A DNA stretch of 64,000 nucleotides from Candidatus Treponema equifaecale (GCA_018064905.1 JAGHUJ010000052.1:13998-77997), one strand, 5' to 3'. Positions 1-9,748 are shown, counted from the first letter of the stretch. Numbers and translations are program-made. The notes: generated by a model not told the origin, from the sequence alone.

Positions 1-1047
1 TGCCACACCTTCAAAATTATGCAGGACTATGCTTTCTCCGTCCTTTGTCTTAATTACGCCTTCTAAAGTTCCGTAGATTGTGCGCAGCTGGGTTCTGATT
101 ACAAAGAAAGAAACGTCACGCTGAACATCAGATGCGGGAACAAAGGTAAGGTCAACCATGTTTTCAAAATCCTGAATCACCCATTTTTTGTTGAGACCAA
201 AGGGATGTGTGATTGTTACAGGTGGAAGCAGGGTTGTTTTTCCATTAACACAGAGAACATTCCTATTTAGATTTTCGGAATCTACGGCATTTTCTTGCGT
301 AGTAAATATCTGAAATGAGAATTTTTTTCCGTCAATTTCACCGGCACTGGCTACAAATTCAGAAGTGGAGTGAAAGTTGAAGTAGCTGCGGTTTATGGAA
401 AGAAGGGCAGTTCCGTCCATGTCTTCCATTGTTGAAGCTTCTGAACGCTTTGTCTGGCCAAGAGAAATGGAGCCGTGAATAAATGGTGTTGTGATATAGT
501 TTGCACAGCAGCGGCGTTTTGAAGGAGCCGGAGTCACGGTGTAAAGCTCGCTGTTGTTTGGGTTTGAATAATGTGCAAGAAATGCTGCATTTGCAGAAGG
601 TCTGGAAGAGTCTCCCTTCAAGTTGAAAATCATTGAAAGACGGTCCCGTTCGTGGTCCCAGCTGATTCTGATGTAGCGGTTGCGATGGAAGCTGGCGCAG
701 AAACCGTTCTTCATGTTGTGGGGAATAAATCTTCGGCGTGGTCCCATGAAGGAACGATAGGAATATTTTCGGCCAGTTTCCTTGTTCCAGAAAACAACGT
801 CAGCAAATCCAAAAACTTTATGGTCAAAGAAATCCACTGTTCCAATGTAAGGTCCAATATTGAACAGAAACATCATGGAACTTTGGATTCTTAAGTTTGT
901 TACAAGAGTAGGAAAAGGCATTCCAACAAATGGAGCTCGAACACCGCGTATGTCTAATTTTTCAGGGCAGCCTTCAAAAGCACCAAAGCTTATCTTACCA
1001 TTATGAACAATTTTCTCTGGTGCCGCCGCAAATTCACGTGAATACAA
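1..1047 (-). CDS. DUF2804-like protein, 3' end runs off the window (absent from ORF track)
   Basis: Hand-translated open frame from TTG at 1047 (MYSREFAAAPEKIVHNG...IYGTLEGVIKTKDGESIVLHNFEGVA) with GAGG RBS 5 nt upstream; C-terminal pattern resembles DUF2804 family from memory. Confidence 0.65.
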   Translation of the reverse strand, partial: MYSREFAAAPEKIVHNGKISFGAFEGCPEKLDIRGVRAPFVGMPFPTLVTNLRIQSSMMFLFNIGPYIGTVDFFDHKVFGFADVVFWNKETGRKYSYRSFMGPRRRFIPHNMKNGFCASFHRNRYIRISWDHERDRLSMIFNLKGDSSRPSANAAFLAHYSNPNNSELYTVTPAPSKRRCCANYITTPFIHGSISLGQTKRSEASTMEDMDGTALLSINRSYFNFHSTSEFVASAGEIDGKKFSFQIFTTQENAVDSENLNRNVLCVNGKTTLLPPVTITHPFGLNKKWVIQDFENMVDLTFVPASDVQRDVSFFVIRTQLRTIYGTLEGVIKTKDGESIVLHNFEGVA

Positions 1048-1132
1048 AGTGACCTCAAAAAAACGATTTTTTAATATTTGTTCATTATAACCTAGAAAAA
1101 ATTAAAAGTCTATTTTTGGTGAGGTGGAGTTT

Positions 1133-1237
1133 GCGTTAGGCAATGGAGGGGCGCGAAGCGCGTCTGAAGCTTTGCGGAAGACCAACCGTAGGGGCGCCCG
1201 GAACTGCCGACCTGTAGCGAAGCGGAAGGGAACGCCC
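1133..1237 (+). repeat. Family C intergenic palindromic element
   Basis: GCGTTAGG...GCCGACC...GGGAACGCCC termini shared with 19137, 33049, 43957, 56863; GC-rich hairpin interior. Confidence 0.65.
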
Positions 1238-1325
1238 TGACAATTATGGAAAATTTTGTCTGTGAATTCAGTGATTTGGGCTTAAAATTCTTTTGAACAA
1301 ATATTTTTTTGCAGCGGAGGTTTTT

Positions 1326-2930
1326 ATGGCAGTTACTCTTTATTCACTTGGTGCGGCTCAGGAAGTTACTGGTTCCAAGCATGTTTTTGAAATTGATGGT
1401 CGCATGTACATGATTGACTGCGGGGCTTTTCAGGGTAAACGCGCTGAATCTGATCAGAAAAACAGAAAGTTTGATATTCCTGCTGATAAAATTGAATCGG
1501 TTATTTTGACCCATGCTCATTTTGATCATGTTGGACTTCTGCCTTTGCTGGTTAAAAAAGGCTTCAACGGCAATGTTTATGCAACTCCTGCTACCCGAGA
1601 CCTGGCTGACCTGATCATGATGGACAGTGCTCGAATTCAGGCTCGTGATGCTGAATATCTTCGTAAGCAGGCTTCCAAAAAAGGTGAAAAATTCAACTGG
1701 TCTCCTCTTTACAACGAAAAGGATTGTCTGAAGGCTGCAAATCAAATTGTTACGCTTTCATATAATAGAAAAATGTACATTGCTCCTGACGTTCAGCTGG
1801 AATATTTTGATGCCGGACACATTCTGGGTTCTGCTTATGCCTACATCACTATCAAGGGGCAGCGTGATGAAAACGGAAATCCAGTTAAAGTAACTTCTCA
1901 GGATAAAATTTCGATTTGGAACAAGCTTTTTGGATGGAAGAAGGATGACAAGAGGAATTCTCCGGACAGAAGAAAGGCCACTGCTGAAGAAAGGGCTGAA
2001 TATGCTGAAAAGGGCGGTGTAGAACGCAGAAGCGGCTATGACCGTCGTGAAGGTAAGGATGAAATCAGAATTCTTTACACTGGTGATTTAGGTCGAAAAA
2101 ACAAGCCTATCATCCGTGACCCTTCTACAAACGTTCCGCCGCCTGACTACATCATGATTGAAAGCACCTATGGAAATCGTCTCCATGAAGATTCTGTCCG
2201 TGCCATGGACGAGCTCAGAAAAGTTGTCCGCCGCACTGTTGAAAAGAAGGGCAAGCTGATTATTCCTTCATTCGCAATTGAGCGCACTCAGGAGCTTGTC
2301 TACTATTTACATCTCCTCGTTGACCAGAAAAAGATTCCGCAGATTCCAATTTATGTGGATTCCCCAATGGCAGTAAATGCGACTTCTATTTTCCAGGTTC
2401 ATCAGGAATGTTACAGTGACGACATCCACAACGCATTCCTTCAGCACCACAAAAATCCATTTGGTTTTGGCGCATTGAATTTTGTGAACAGCATTGAAGA
2501 ATCAAAGAGCCTGAACAAAAAAGAAGGGCCGATGATCATCATTTCTGCCGACGGTATGTGTGAAAGCGGTAGAATCGTTCATCATGTGGCAAACAATATT
2601 TCAGATCCTAGAAACACGATTCTCATTGTTGGATATATGGCTGAAAATACTTTGGGTCGCCGTATCAGGGATGGTGCAAAGGTCGTAAAAATCATGGGCG
2701 ATGAATACGATGTTAAGGCAAATGTTGAATGTATCAACGCTTTCTCGGCTCATGCTGATTATGAGGAAATGACTAAATGGCTCAAAACTATTGATACAAG
2801 CCGTCTTAAGAAAATTTTTATGGTTCACGGTGAAAAAGATGCCCAGGAATTCTTTGAAAAACATCTCAAAGAGAATGGATTCCCTAGCGTACAAATTGTA
2901 AAATATGGTGAAACCTACGAAATTGAATAA
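1326..2930 (+). CDS. MBL-fold beta-CASP metallo-hydrolase (putative RNase)
   Basis: HAHFDH, AGHILGS, TGDLG, FSAHAD motifs; start moved to ATG 1326 after GCGGAGG RBS. Confidence 0.9.
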   Translation: MAVTLYSLGAAQEVTGSKHVFEIDGRMYMIDCGAFQGKRAESDQKNRKFDIPADKIESVILTHAHFDHVGLLPLLVKKGFNGNVYATPATRDLADLIMMDSARIQARDAEYLRKQASKKGEKFNWSPLYNEKDCLKAANQIVTLSYNRKMYIAPDVQLEYFDAGHILGSAYAYITIKGQRDENGNPVKVTSQDKISIWNKLFGWKKDDKRNSPDRRKATAEERAEYAEKGGVERRSGYDRREGKDEIRILYTGDLGRKNKPIIRDPSTNVPPPDYIMIESTYGNRLHEDSVRAMDELRKVVRRTVEKKGKLIIPSFAIERTQELVYYLHLLVDQKKIPQIPIYVDSPMAVNATSIFQVHQECYSDDIHNAFLQHHKNPFGFGALNFVNSIEESKSLNKKEGPMIIISADGMCESGRIVHHVANNISDPRNTILIVGYMAENTLGRRIRDGAKVVKIMGDEYDVKANVECINAFSAHADYEEMTKWLKTIDTSRLKKIFMVHGEKDAQEFFEKHLKENGFPSVQIVKYGETYEIE

Positions 2931-2947
2931 GGATTGGTAAAGAAAAA

Positions 2948-3892
2948 GTGAAAAAGCTTACTAAAAATCTCGTTGCTGTCAGCTGTACTGTGCTGGCTTT
3001 GGGAATTCTGTTTGTTCTGGCTGTTTATGCCTTTGTGTTCAAGCCTTCATTTGAACGCCATGACCCAACTGAAAAAGATAATCTGAGTCATTTTAAATCT
3101 GAAGCCTTTCTTCAGAAAAATATTGCGGACACAGAATGGTTCTTTGAACAGAATCCGCAGGAGCTTACAATGAAATCCTTTGATGGACTGAATCTGTTTG
3201 CCTACGTGCTGCCTGCAGAAAATGCCAGGGGAACCTTTGTCCTGATGCACGGCTACCATTCCAGCCCGCTTCGTGAATATTCTTCCTTAATGAGATTTTA
3301 TCATGGTCTGGGCTACAATATTGTTCTGCCGTATCAGCGCACTCATGGCAAAAGCGAAGGAAAATATGTCACCTTTGGAATTAAGGAACGCTATGATCTT
3401 CGGGACTGGATTCTGGAGACCAACAAAATTTTTGGTGACCAGAACCCTGTTTATCTGCAGGGAATTTCTATGGGCTGTGCTACAACTGTGATGTGCCTTG
3501 GCTTTGATCTTCCTGAAAATGTTAAGGGGGCGGTTGCTGACTGCGGCTTTACTTCACCAAGAGAAATTATATGGAAGGTGCTTAAGAAGGACATGAAGAT
3601 GCCTTTTGCCAATGTGATTATGGCCTTGGGCAATGTCATGACTAAATTTTTTGCGGACTTCAGCATGGATGAATATTCAACCTTGCTGGCTCTCAGATAC
3701 AACAAAATTCCTGTGATTTTTATTCACGGTGCTGCTGATGATTTTGTTCCTGTAGAAATGACCTTCGCAAACTATCAGTACTGTACTTCCGAAAAATACC
3801 TTCATTTAGTGGCAGACTGTCCTCACGCAATTGCATACCTTATTGATGAAGAAGGCTACCACGACAAAGTCGTAAAATTCCTTGGACTGTAA
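2948..3892 (+). CDS. Alpha/beta hydrolase with N-terminal membrane anchor
   Basis: HGY, GISMG nucleophile elbow, HGAADDFV acid, C-terminal His; hydrophobic N-terminus. Confidence 0.85.
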   Translation: MKKLTKNLVAVSCTVLALGILFVLAVYAFVFKPSFERHDPTEKDNLSHFKSEAFLQKNIADTEWFFEQNPQELTMKSFDGLNLFAYVLPAENARGTFVLMHGYHSSPLREYSSLMRFYHGLGYNIVLPYQRTHGKSEGKYVTFGIKERYDLRDWILETNKIFGDQNPVYLQGISMGCATTVMCLGFDLPENVKGAVADCGFTSPREIIWKVLKKDMKMPFANVIMALGNVMTKFFADFSMDEYSTLLALRYNKIPVIFIHGAADDFVPVEMTFANYQYCTSEKYLHLVADCPHAIAYLIDEEGYHDKVVKFLGL

Positions 3893-3898
3893 AAAAAA

Positions 3899-3977
3899 CG
3901 GTGGTTGAGCCAAGTCGAAACCACCTTGTAATTAATGTTGCCGCGATGGTTTCGAGAGCCTCAACCGACGCGGCAAC
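3899..3977. repeat. REP-A doublet (A1 at 3899-3925, inverted A2 at 3937-3977) between convergent genes
   Basis: cggtggttgagccaagtcgaaaccacc followed by gttgccgcg-atggtttcgagagcctcaaccga-cgcggcaac. Confidence 0.9.
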
Positions 3978-3989
3978 AACTTTTTTTCT

Positions 3990-5597
3990 TTAATTCACTG
4001 CTTCGTGGATTGTTTTTCTTACCATTCCTTTGCCGCTTACCATTGCAAGGAAATATTCCTTTGATTTCTGGTAAAGTGGCGAAGATGTAACATCAAATCC
4101 AAATATTTTTTCATTGGCAAGCAGCTTCTTGAATTTTTCTTCAGCATCTGCATTTTTTCCGCCGATTTCAATTCCTTCAAGAATTGGCTTTACGGATGGA
4201 ATGAGTGGATCTGGGGAAAGTTCAAATGCTTTTCCATCGTCATCAACTGCAAGAAGATATCTGGCCCACATTGCAAAAACCAGCGGAACAATTTTGAGTT
4301 TGTTCAAATCAAGTCCCTTTGACTGATAAGCCTTTACTGTCTCACCAAAACGAATCGAAAGCTTCTGGCTTGTATCTGTTGCAATTCGCTGTGGTGTGTC
4401 TGGCATAAATGGATTTGGAAGTCGCTTTGTAATTACTTCGTCAATGAATGATTTTGGTTCAATGATTTTTGGATCAACTACAACTGGAAGTCCTTCTTCA
4501 TAACCCAGAATTTCCACCATTTTCTTAAGGTCAGAATCCTTCATTTCGTCACAAATCAAATTAAAGCCCAAAAGACAGCCTGAAACTGCCAGAGAAGTGT
4601 GGAGAGGGTTCAGACAAGTGCAGACCTTCATCTTTTCAACCTTGTTTACTGTGTCCCTGTCCGTAAAATAAACCCCTGCCTTTTCAAGCGGTGGACGGCC
4701 GTTTGGAAATTTGTCTTCGATTACAAGGTACTGGGGCTCTTCTGCATTTACAAAAGGTGAAATGTAGGTTTTTCGTGAAGTTACCATAAGTTCTGTGTCT
4801 TCAAAACCGTCTTTCTTGAGCATTTCTGCAACCTTTGCATCTGGACGAGGTGTGATTTTATCTATCATTGACCACGGGAAGGCCACTTTTTTGTCATTTT
4901 TCAGGTATTCAATGAATTCCTGCGGAACATAGCCTTTTTTGCACCAGTTTTCTGCAATTTCAACGATAGCTGACTGCAATTTTTCTCCGTTGTGGGAACA
5001 GTTGTCCATGCTGACCATTGTTACAGGCAACTGACCAGCCTTGAATCTTGCAAAAAGAAGTCGTGTAAGATGGCACATGAACATTTTTGCATTTTCTGGA
5101 GTTGTTGCAAAATCTTCCACATAAGCTGGAAGGAGTTTTCCGTCTGGGCCGTAAAGTGCATAGCCTTTTTCTGTAATCGTAAAGGAAACCATTTTAAGGC
5201 TTGGATTTGTGAAGATTTTTTCAAATTCAGCCCAGTCATCCTTTAATTCCGGGTCACAGTTCAAAGCCCAGGCAATTGAACCGATTACTTCCTTTGAAAT
5301 GGAACCGTCTGCCTTTAATGTAACCCCAAGTGTCAGGTTGTCGTGTGCCTTGTAGAGAATGTCGATGATTTCAGGGTCGTGGCTGTTTCCAACTACGATT
5401 CCAGTGTTCATCAGGCCTTCATTCAAAAGCTTCTGGCAAAGTGCTGCAGGGAAAATTCTAAAGATGTTTCCGCCGCCAAAGTGAACCCATTCAGGTGATT
5501 TTTTTGTATTTTCTGAGACCTTTGCATAGTCAAAATCAAAAAGCTTGTAGCCGTTCCATTTTGATTTGTCAGCAAGTTCCTTAAGATTCAGTTTCAT
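3990..5597 (-). CDS. Mannitol dehydrogenase family protein (probable D-mannonate oxidoreductase, UxuB-like)
   Basis: VHFGGGNIFR, SFTITEKGY, SMDNCSHNG, MIDKITP motifs; clustered with uxuA. Confidence 0.85.
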   Translation of the reverse strand: MKLNLKELADKSKWNGYKLFDFDYAKVSENTKKSPEWVHFGGGNIFRIFPAALCQKLLNEGLMNTGIVVGNSHDPEIIDILYKAHDNLTLGVTLKADGSISKEVIGSIAWALNCDPELKDDWAEFEKIFTNPSLKMVSFTITEKGYALYGPDGKLLPAYVEDFATTPENAKMFMCHLTRLLFARFKAGQLPVTMVSMDNCSHNGEKLQSAIVEIAENWCKKGYVPQEFIEYLKNDKKVAFPWSMIDKITPRPDAKVAEMLKKDGFEDTELMVTSRKTYISPFVNAEEPQYLVIEDKFPNGRPPLEKAGVYFTDRDTVNKVEKMKVCTCLNPLHTSLAVSGCLLGFNLICDEMKDSDLKKMVEILGYEEGLPVVVDPKIIEPKSFIDEVITKRLPNPFMPDTPQRIATDTSQKLSIRFGETVKAYQSKGLDLNKLKIVPLVFAMWARYLLAVDDDGKAFELSPDPLIPSVKPILEGIEIGGKNADAEEKFKKLLANEKIFGFDVTSSPLYQKSKEYFLAMVSGKGMVRKTIHEAVN

Positions 5598-5612
5598 ATT
5601 GTTCCTTCTTTT

Positions 5613-6284
5613 TTACTTACTAAAATATTCTGGATAGTCGTTTATCAGCGAATCCACTACTGTTGTCAGCTGCATCAGGTGTGCTTCATCTATTTTTACT
5701 GCTTCTTCAACATTTCCTTCCCTGATTGCCTTTACAAGCGCTGAATGTTCGGCTTCAACGTTGTCGGAAATGTTTTTTGCATTGTAGCTAAGGATTCGGA
5801 TTCTGTGGTCGTTTCCCGTATGGGAATTTATTACGTCCCAAATCCACTGGTTGTCCGAGTGCCTGTAGAAAAAGTAGTGAAGGTTGTCGTCACTTTCCAG
5901 AAAGCTTTTTTTACTTCCACCCATAAGGCTTGCGTGCTGCTGCAACAGAATTGCCTGAAGCTCTGCACCAAAAATTTCAGCCTTGTTGTCCCTTTTTTGG
6001 ATTTCCATGAACTTTTTCAACACGCCAAGCTCAAGGTTAATTCTCATGAACCTTTCCTGAGCAATGATGTTCTTGTCCAAAAAAGCAACGCGGGTTCCCT
6101 TTTGCGGAAAAATATCAACGAGCTTATCAAGTGAAAGCCTTAAAAGTGCGTCACGGATTGGCGAACGGGAAACCTCCAGCTCTTCAATCAGCGTGTTCAC
6201 ATTCAATTCTTCCCCAGGCTTGTAATCAAGATTTGTGATTTTTTCCCTCAAAATTTCGTAAACTGAGCTTTCTGTTTTTTTCAT
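5613..6284 (-). CDS. GntR family (FCD) transcriptional regulator
   Basis: wHTH pattern LEVSRSPIRDALLRL...PQKGTRV; start moved to ATG 6284 (MKKTESSVYE), GGAG RBS 6 nt upstream; the ORF-track extension is translated repeat. Confidence 0.88.
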   Translation of the reverse strand: MKKTESSVYEILREKITNLDYKPGEELNVNTLIEELEVSRSPIRDALLRLSLDKLVDIFPQKGTRVAFLDKNIIAQERFMRINLELGVLKKFMEIQKRDNKAEIFGAELQAILLQQHASLMGGSKKSFLESDDNLHYFFYRHSDNQWIWDVINSHTGNDHRIRILSYNAKNISDNVEAEHSALVKAIREGNVEEAVKIDEAHLMQLTTVVDSLINDYPEYFSK

Positions 6285-6470
6285 AGATTTCTCCACTCGC
6301 TGCGCTCGGTCGAAATGACAAAAAAATATCTGCCAATGTCGAAATGACAAAAAAATATCTGCCAATGTCGAAATGACACAAAAATATCTGCCAATGTCGA
6401 AATGACAAAAAAATATCTGCCAATGTCGAAATGACGCAAAATCAGCTGTCAAAGTTTGAAATGACAAACA
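6285..6470. repeat. REP-B half element plus 29-bp tandem array (4 near-perfect and 2 degenerate units)
   Basis: Unit GTCGAAATGACAAAAAAATATCTGCCAAT starts at 6309, 6338, 6367, 6396; degenerate units at 6425, 6454. Confidence 0.95.
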
Positions 6471-6477
6471 GTTTTCA

Positions 6478-6571
6478 TGTCATCTCGATTCGAATTCCTT
6501 GTCATCTCGATTCGAATTCCTTGTCATCGCGATTCGAATTCCTCGTCATCTCGAGCGCAGTCGAGAGATCT
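6478..6571. repeat. 22-bp tandem array (x3) ending in a REP-B half element
   Basis: TGTCATCTCGATTCGAATTCCT at 6478, 6500, 6522, then CGTCATCTCGAGCGCAGTCGAGAGATCT at 6544. Confidence 0.95.
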
Positions 6572-6572
6572 T

Positions 6573-7640
6573 TTATTTTTTACTCTTGTCGATTGCTTCC
6601 CAAAGCCCCTGAATGTACATTGCACCCAAGGCACGGTCGTAAAGTCCGTAACCTGGCATACATTTTTCACCCCAGATTGTTCTTCCGTGGTCTGGACGGG
6701 CTGGTCCGTCAAATCCAATGTCGTGAAGTGCCTTTACTGCTTCATACATGTCAAAGCTTCCGTCTGAAGAAAGGTGTGCAGCTTCTTCAAAAACGCCTGG
6801 TGAGAAGTGGTGAAGGTTTCTTACATGTGCAAAATGTATTCGTCCCTTGCATGAACGGATGATGTCCGGGATGTCATTCTTTGGATTTGTTCCCAGTGAA
6901 CCCATACAGAGGGTAATTCCGTTGTATTCCTTATCAACAGCCTTGAGCATTTTAAGGATTGCTTCTTTTCCAGTAATGATTCTTGGCAGGTTGAATACAG
7001 GCCATGCAGGATCATCCGGATGAATGGCCATTTTCATTCCATATTTTTCACAAACTGGTCCAATGGCCTTCAAAAAGTAAACAAGGTTGTCAAAAAGCTT
7101 TTCGGCACTTACATCCTTGTAGGCTTCAAACAAATCCTTGACCTTTGCAAGTCGTTCAGGTTCCCAGCCTGGCATTACAAAACCGTTGGAATTGTCTGTT
7201 GTCTGGTCAAAAAATTTCTGCGGGTCGATTGTATCTACAACCTTCTGGTCATAGGCAAGAACAGTTGAGCCGTCTGGACGCATTTTTGCAAGGTCCGTAC
7301 GAGTCCAGTCAAAAACAGGCATGAAATTGTAGCAAACCATGTGGATGTCTTCTTTTCCAAGTGCTTCCAGCGATTTGATGTAATTGTCGATGTATTTGTC
7401 GCGGTCAGGTGTTCCGATTTTGATTGCGTCGTGAATGTTAACGCTTTCAATTCCGCTGATTTTAAGTCCCGCTTTTTCTACGATATTTTTGAGGCCTTTT
7501 ACGCGTTCACTGGTCCATTCTTCTCCAGCTGGAACATCGTACAAGGTGGTGATAACGCCTTTAACTCCAGGTATCTGCCGAATCTGTTCCAAAGTTACGG
7601 AATCAAATCCAGGACCATACCATCTCAAAGTCATTTCCAT
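6573..7640 (-). CDS. uxuA: Mannonate dehydratase
   Basis: MEMTLRWYG, CYNFMPVFDWTRT, AIHPDDP, RPDHGR, PGYGLYDRALG motifs. Confidence 0.97.
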   Translation of the reverse strand: MEMTLRWYGPGFDSVTLEQIRQIPGVKGVITTLYDVPAGEEWTSERVKGLKNIVEKAGLKISGIESVNIHDAIKIGTPDRDKYIDNYIKSLEALGKEDIHMVCYNFMPVFDWTRTDLAKMRPDGSTVLAYDQKVVDTIDPQKFFDQTTDNSNGFVMPGWEPERLAKVKDLFEAYKDVSAEKLFDNLVYFLKAIGPVCEKYGMKMAIHPDDPAWPVFNLPRIITGKEAILKMLKAVDKEYNGITLCMGSLGTNPKNDIPDIIRSCKGRIHFAHVRNLHHFSPGVFEEAAHLSSDGSFDMYEAVKALHDIGFDGPARPDHGRTIWGEKCMPGYGLYDRALGAMYIQGLWEAIDKSKK

Positions 7641-7676
7641 AATTATTAAATTCCCCTTTTTTTACAGCAAAAATAT

Positions 7677-7763
7677 GGGGGAGGGGAGAAGTCTCTCCCC
7701 TGCTTGCAGCCCAAGGTCTGCTTCGACACCCCACTCGCCTAGGGCTCCCGCCCTAAAACCCGC
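7677..7763 (-). repeat. Family E GC-rich hairpin element between dctM and uxuA
   Basis: Hairpins agggc-gggag-ccct and aggggaga-gact-tctcccct on the minus strand; similar start to 57058. Confidence 0.5.
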
Positions 7764-7767
7764 AATA

Positions 7768-9069
7768 TCAAACAGCAAATCCCAACATTCTTGGCAAGAA
7801 CAGTGAAATTTCTGGTACAAAAGTAACCAGCATCAATCCAAGCAGCATAACTGCATAGAATGGAAGCATGGCTTTTACTGTTTTTTCAATGCTGATTTTA
7901 CCTACAGAACAGCCTACAAACAGTGCAGAACCTACAGGTGGAGTACAAAGACCAACTGCAAGGTTAAAGATCAACATTACGCCAAACTGAACCTTGCTCA
8001 TTCCCAAAGCAGTAATTACTGGAATGAGGATTGGAGTTACAATCAGGATGAGCGGTGCCATATCCATAACACAGCCCAGGAGCAAAAGCATAAGGTTTAT
8101 CAAAAGCAAAAGAACTATTTTGTTTGAGCTGATTGCCATAAGTCCCTGTGTAATGAGGGTTGGAACTCTAAGGAAGGCAAGGAGCCATCCAAAGGCATTT
8201 GCAGCAGCAATCAATGAGAATACCATTGCCAGTGTTTTAACTGTGTTCATCAAAAGCTTTGGCATCATTGAAATCTTCAGTTCCTTGTAAACAAATACAG
8301 AGATTATGAAGGCGTATATACAGGCAATTGCAGCTGATTCTGTTGCTGTAAACAAACCTGCTGTTACACCAACAAGAATGATTACGGCTGTGAACAATGC
8401 AAGAACGGCACTTGAAACAACCTTAAATGCTTCCTTAAAGCTGATGTTATCACCCTTTGGATAGTGACGGATAATGCTGATTACGGCACAGAGTACAAGC
8501 ATCAAAATACCAAGTGTTACACCTGGAACAAGACCAGCCATGAACAAAGCACCAACCGATGCACCGCCAGCTGCAACAGAGTAGATAATCATGTTGTGGC
8601 TTGGTGGAATCAAAACTCCCTGACAAGATGTAGCAACGGTTACTGCAACAGAGAAATCTCTGTCATAGCCGCCTTTAACCATCATTGGGATTTCAATTGA
8701 ACCAAGTGAAGAAACGTCTGCAACTGCTGAACCGGAAAGATGTCCAAAGAACATTGAACCAAGTACGTTTACATAAGAGAAACCGCCTCGGAATCGGCCT
8801 ACAATTGCATCAGCCGCCTTTAAAAGTCTGTCTGAAATACCACCAGCACCCATAATTTCACCGGCAAGGATGAAGAATGGAATTGCCATCAAGCTAAAAC
8901 TGTCTACACCCTTTGCCATCTGCTGAACAAATGACATGAGCGGTGTTCCCATATAGAACATTGTAATGCAGGAAGAAACTGCAATTGCAAAAATTACAGG
9001 CATTCTGCACAAAATAAATACAACAAAGCTTCCCAAAAGAAGCCACATTGCAACATTAGAATCAAACAT
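7768..9069 (-). CDS. dctM: TRAP transporter large permease
   Basis: AIPFFILAG, SGSAVAD, IPPS, GLCTPPVG motifs; start moved to ATG 9069 after GGGGGAAG. Confidence 0.93.
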   Translation of the reverse strand: MFDSNVAMWLLLGSFVVFILCRMPVIFAIAVSSCITMFYMGTPLMSFVQQMAKGVDSFSLMAIPFFILAGEIMGAGGISDRLLKAADAIVGRFRGGFSYVNVLGSMFFGHLSGSAVADVSSLGSIEIPMMVKGGYDRDFSVAVTVATSCQGVLIPPSHNMIIYSVAAGGASVGALFMAGLVPGVTLGILMLVLCAVISIIRHYPKGDNISFKEAFKVVSSAVLALFTAVIILVGVTAGLFTATESAAIACIYAFIISVFVYKELKISMMPKLLMNTVKTLAMVFSLIAAANAFGWLLAFLRVPTLITQGLMAISSNKIVLLLLINLMLLLLGCVMDMAPLILIVTPILIPVITALGMSKVQFGVMLIFNLAVGLCTPPVGSALFVGCSVGKISIEKTVKAMLPFYAVMLLGLMLVTFVPEISLFLPRMLGFAV

Positions 9070-9082
9070 CGGCTTCCCCCCT

Positions 9083-9748
9083 TTATTCTTCAGTTGTTTC
9101 AGAAGCGGCATTTTTGTTCTGCTGGGCTTCTTCAAGAATCTGCTGGTCAGTTTTGTCTTCGCCACGGTTTCCGTCTTCAATGTCAAGGTGACGGTATTTT
9201 CCAAGACCAAACAGGTCAAGAACGGCAAAGTAGCATACAAAAACACCACCTACAGGCATCATTAAAAATTTAATTCCGTTTGGCCACTGTGTTGCCGGAA
9301 GCATATTTTTCATTCCGTTTGCCGAAACTTTTGCTCCGTAGTAAATCAAGATGAAGCCAAAGAAAATTGTTGAAAGAAGAATGAGCTTTGAAATAACCCA
9401 CTGAAGCTTCTTTGGGAACATGTTGTAGAAAATTGTGATTGCAATGTGCAAACCTTTTTCTACACCGATTGCCAGTGCGATGAATGCAGTCCAAACCATC
9501 AAAAGCAGTGCAACCTCTTCCGACCACATGATCGAATGCTTGAAGAAACGGCAGAAAACCTGTGCACTAACGATGATTACGATGAAAAGAAGGACAATTT
9601 TAGAAAATTCAAGGAGAACTCTGTAAATGCAGTCAAAGACGAAAGTTACGGCAGAAATTGCCTTTTCCCAAGCCTTGTAACCAGGTTTGCAGATTTCACC
9701 AGGAATTGAACTGAAAAAGCCTTTGATTTTTTCAGAAATTGAAGCCAT
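9083..9748 (-). CDS. dctQ: TRAP transporter small permease
   Basis: WSEEVA...HIAI pattern, four TM segments, between dctP and dctM. Confidence 0.9.
   Translation of the reverse strand: MASISEKIKGFFSSIPGEICKPGYKAWEKAISAVTFVFDCIYRVLLEFSKIVLLFIVIIVSAQVFCRFFKHSIMWSEEVALLLMVWTAFIALAIGVEKGLHIAITIFYNMFPKKLQWVISKLILLSTIFFGFILIYYGAKVSANGMKNMLPATQWPNGIKFLMMPVGGVFVCYFAVLDLFGLGKYRHLDIEDGNRGEDKTDQQILEEAQQNKNAASETTEE

Noticed and set aside
652-894. 80-aa plus-strand ORF
   Set aside because: Lies opposite the longer minus-strand DUF2804-like frame.
6285-6467. N-terminal extension of GntR in the ORF track, and small ORFs over 6226-6862
   Set aside because: They are translations of the tandem arrays or shadows of uxuA; an RBS supports ATG 6284.
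6309-6470. 29-bp array as a CRISPR array
   Set aside because: Units abut with no unique spacers, no cas genes are in the window, and the unit derives from a REP-B end.
9070-9249. N-terminal extension of DctM
   Set aside because: Overlaps dctQ out of frame; a strong RBS precedes ATG 9069.
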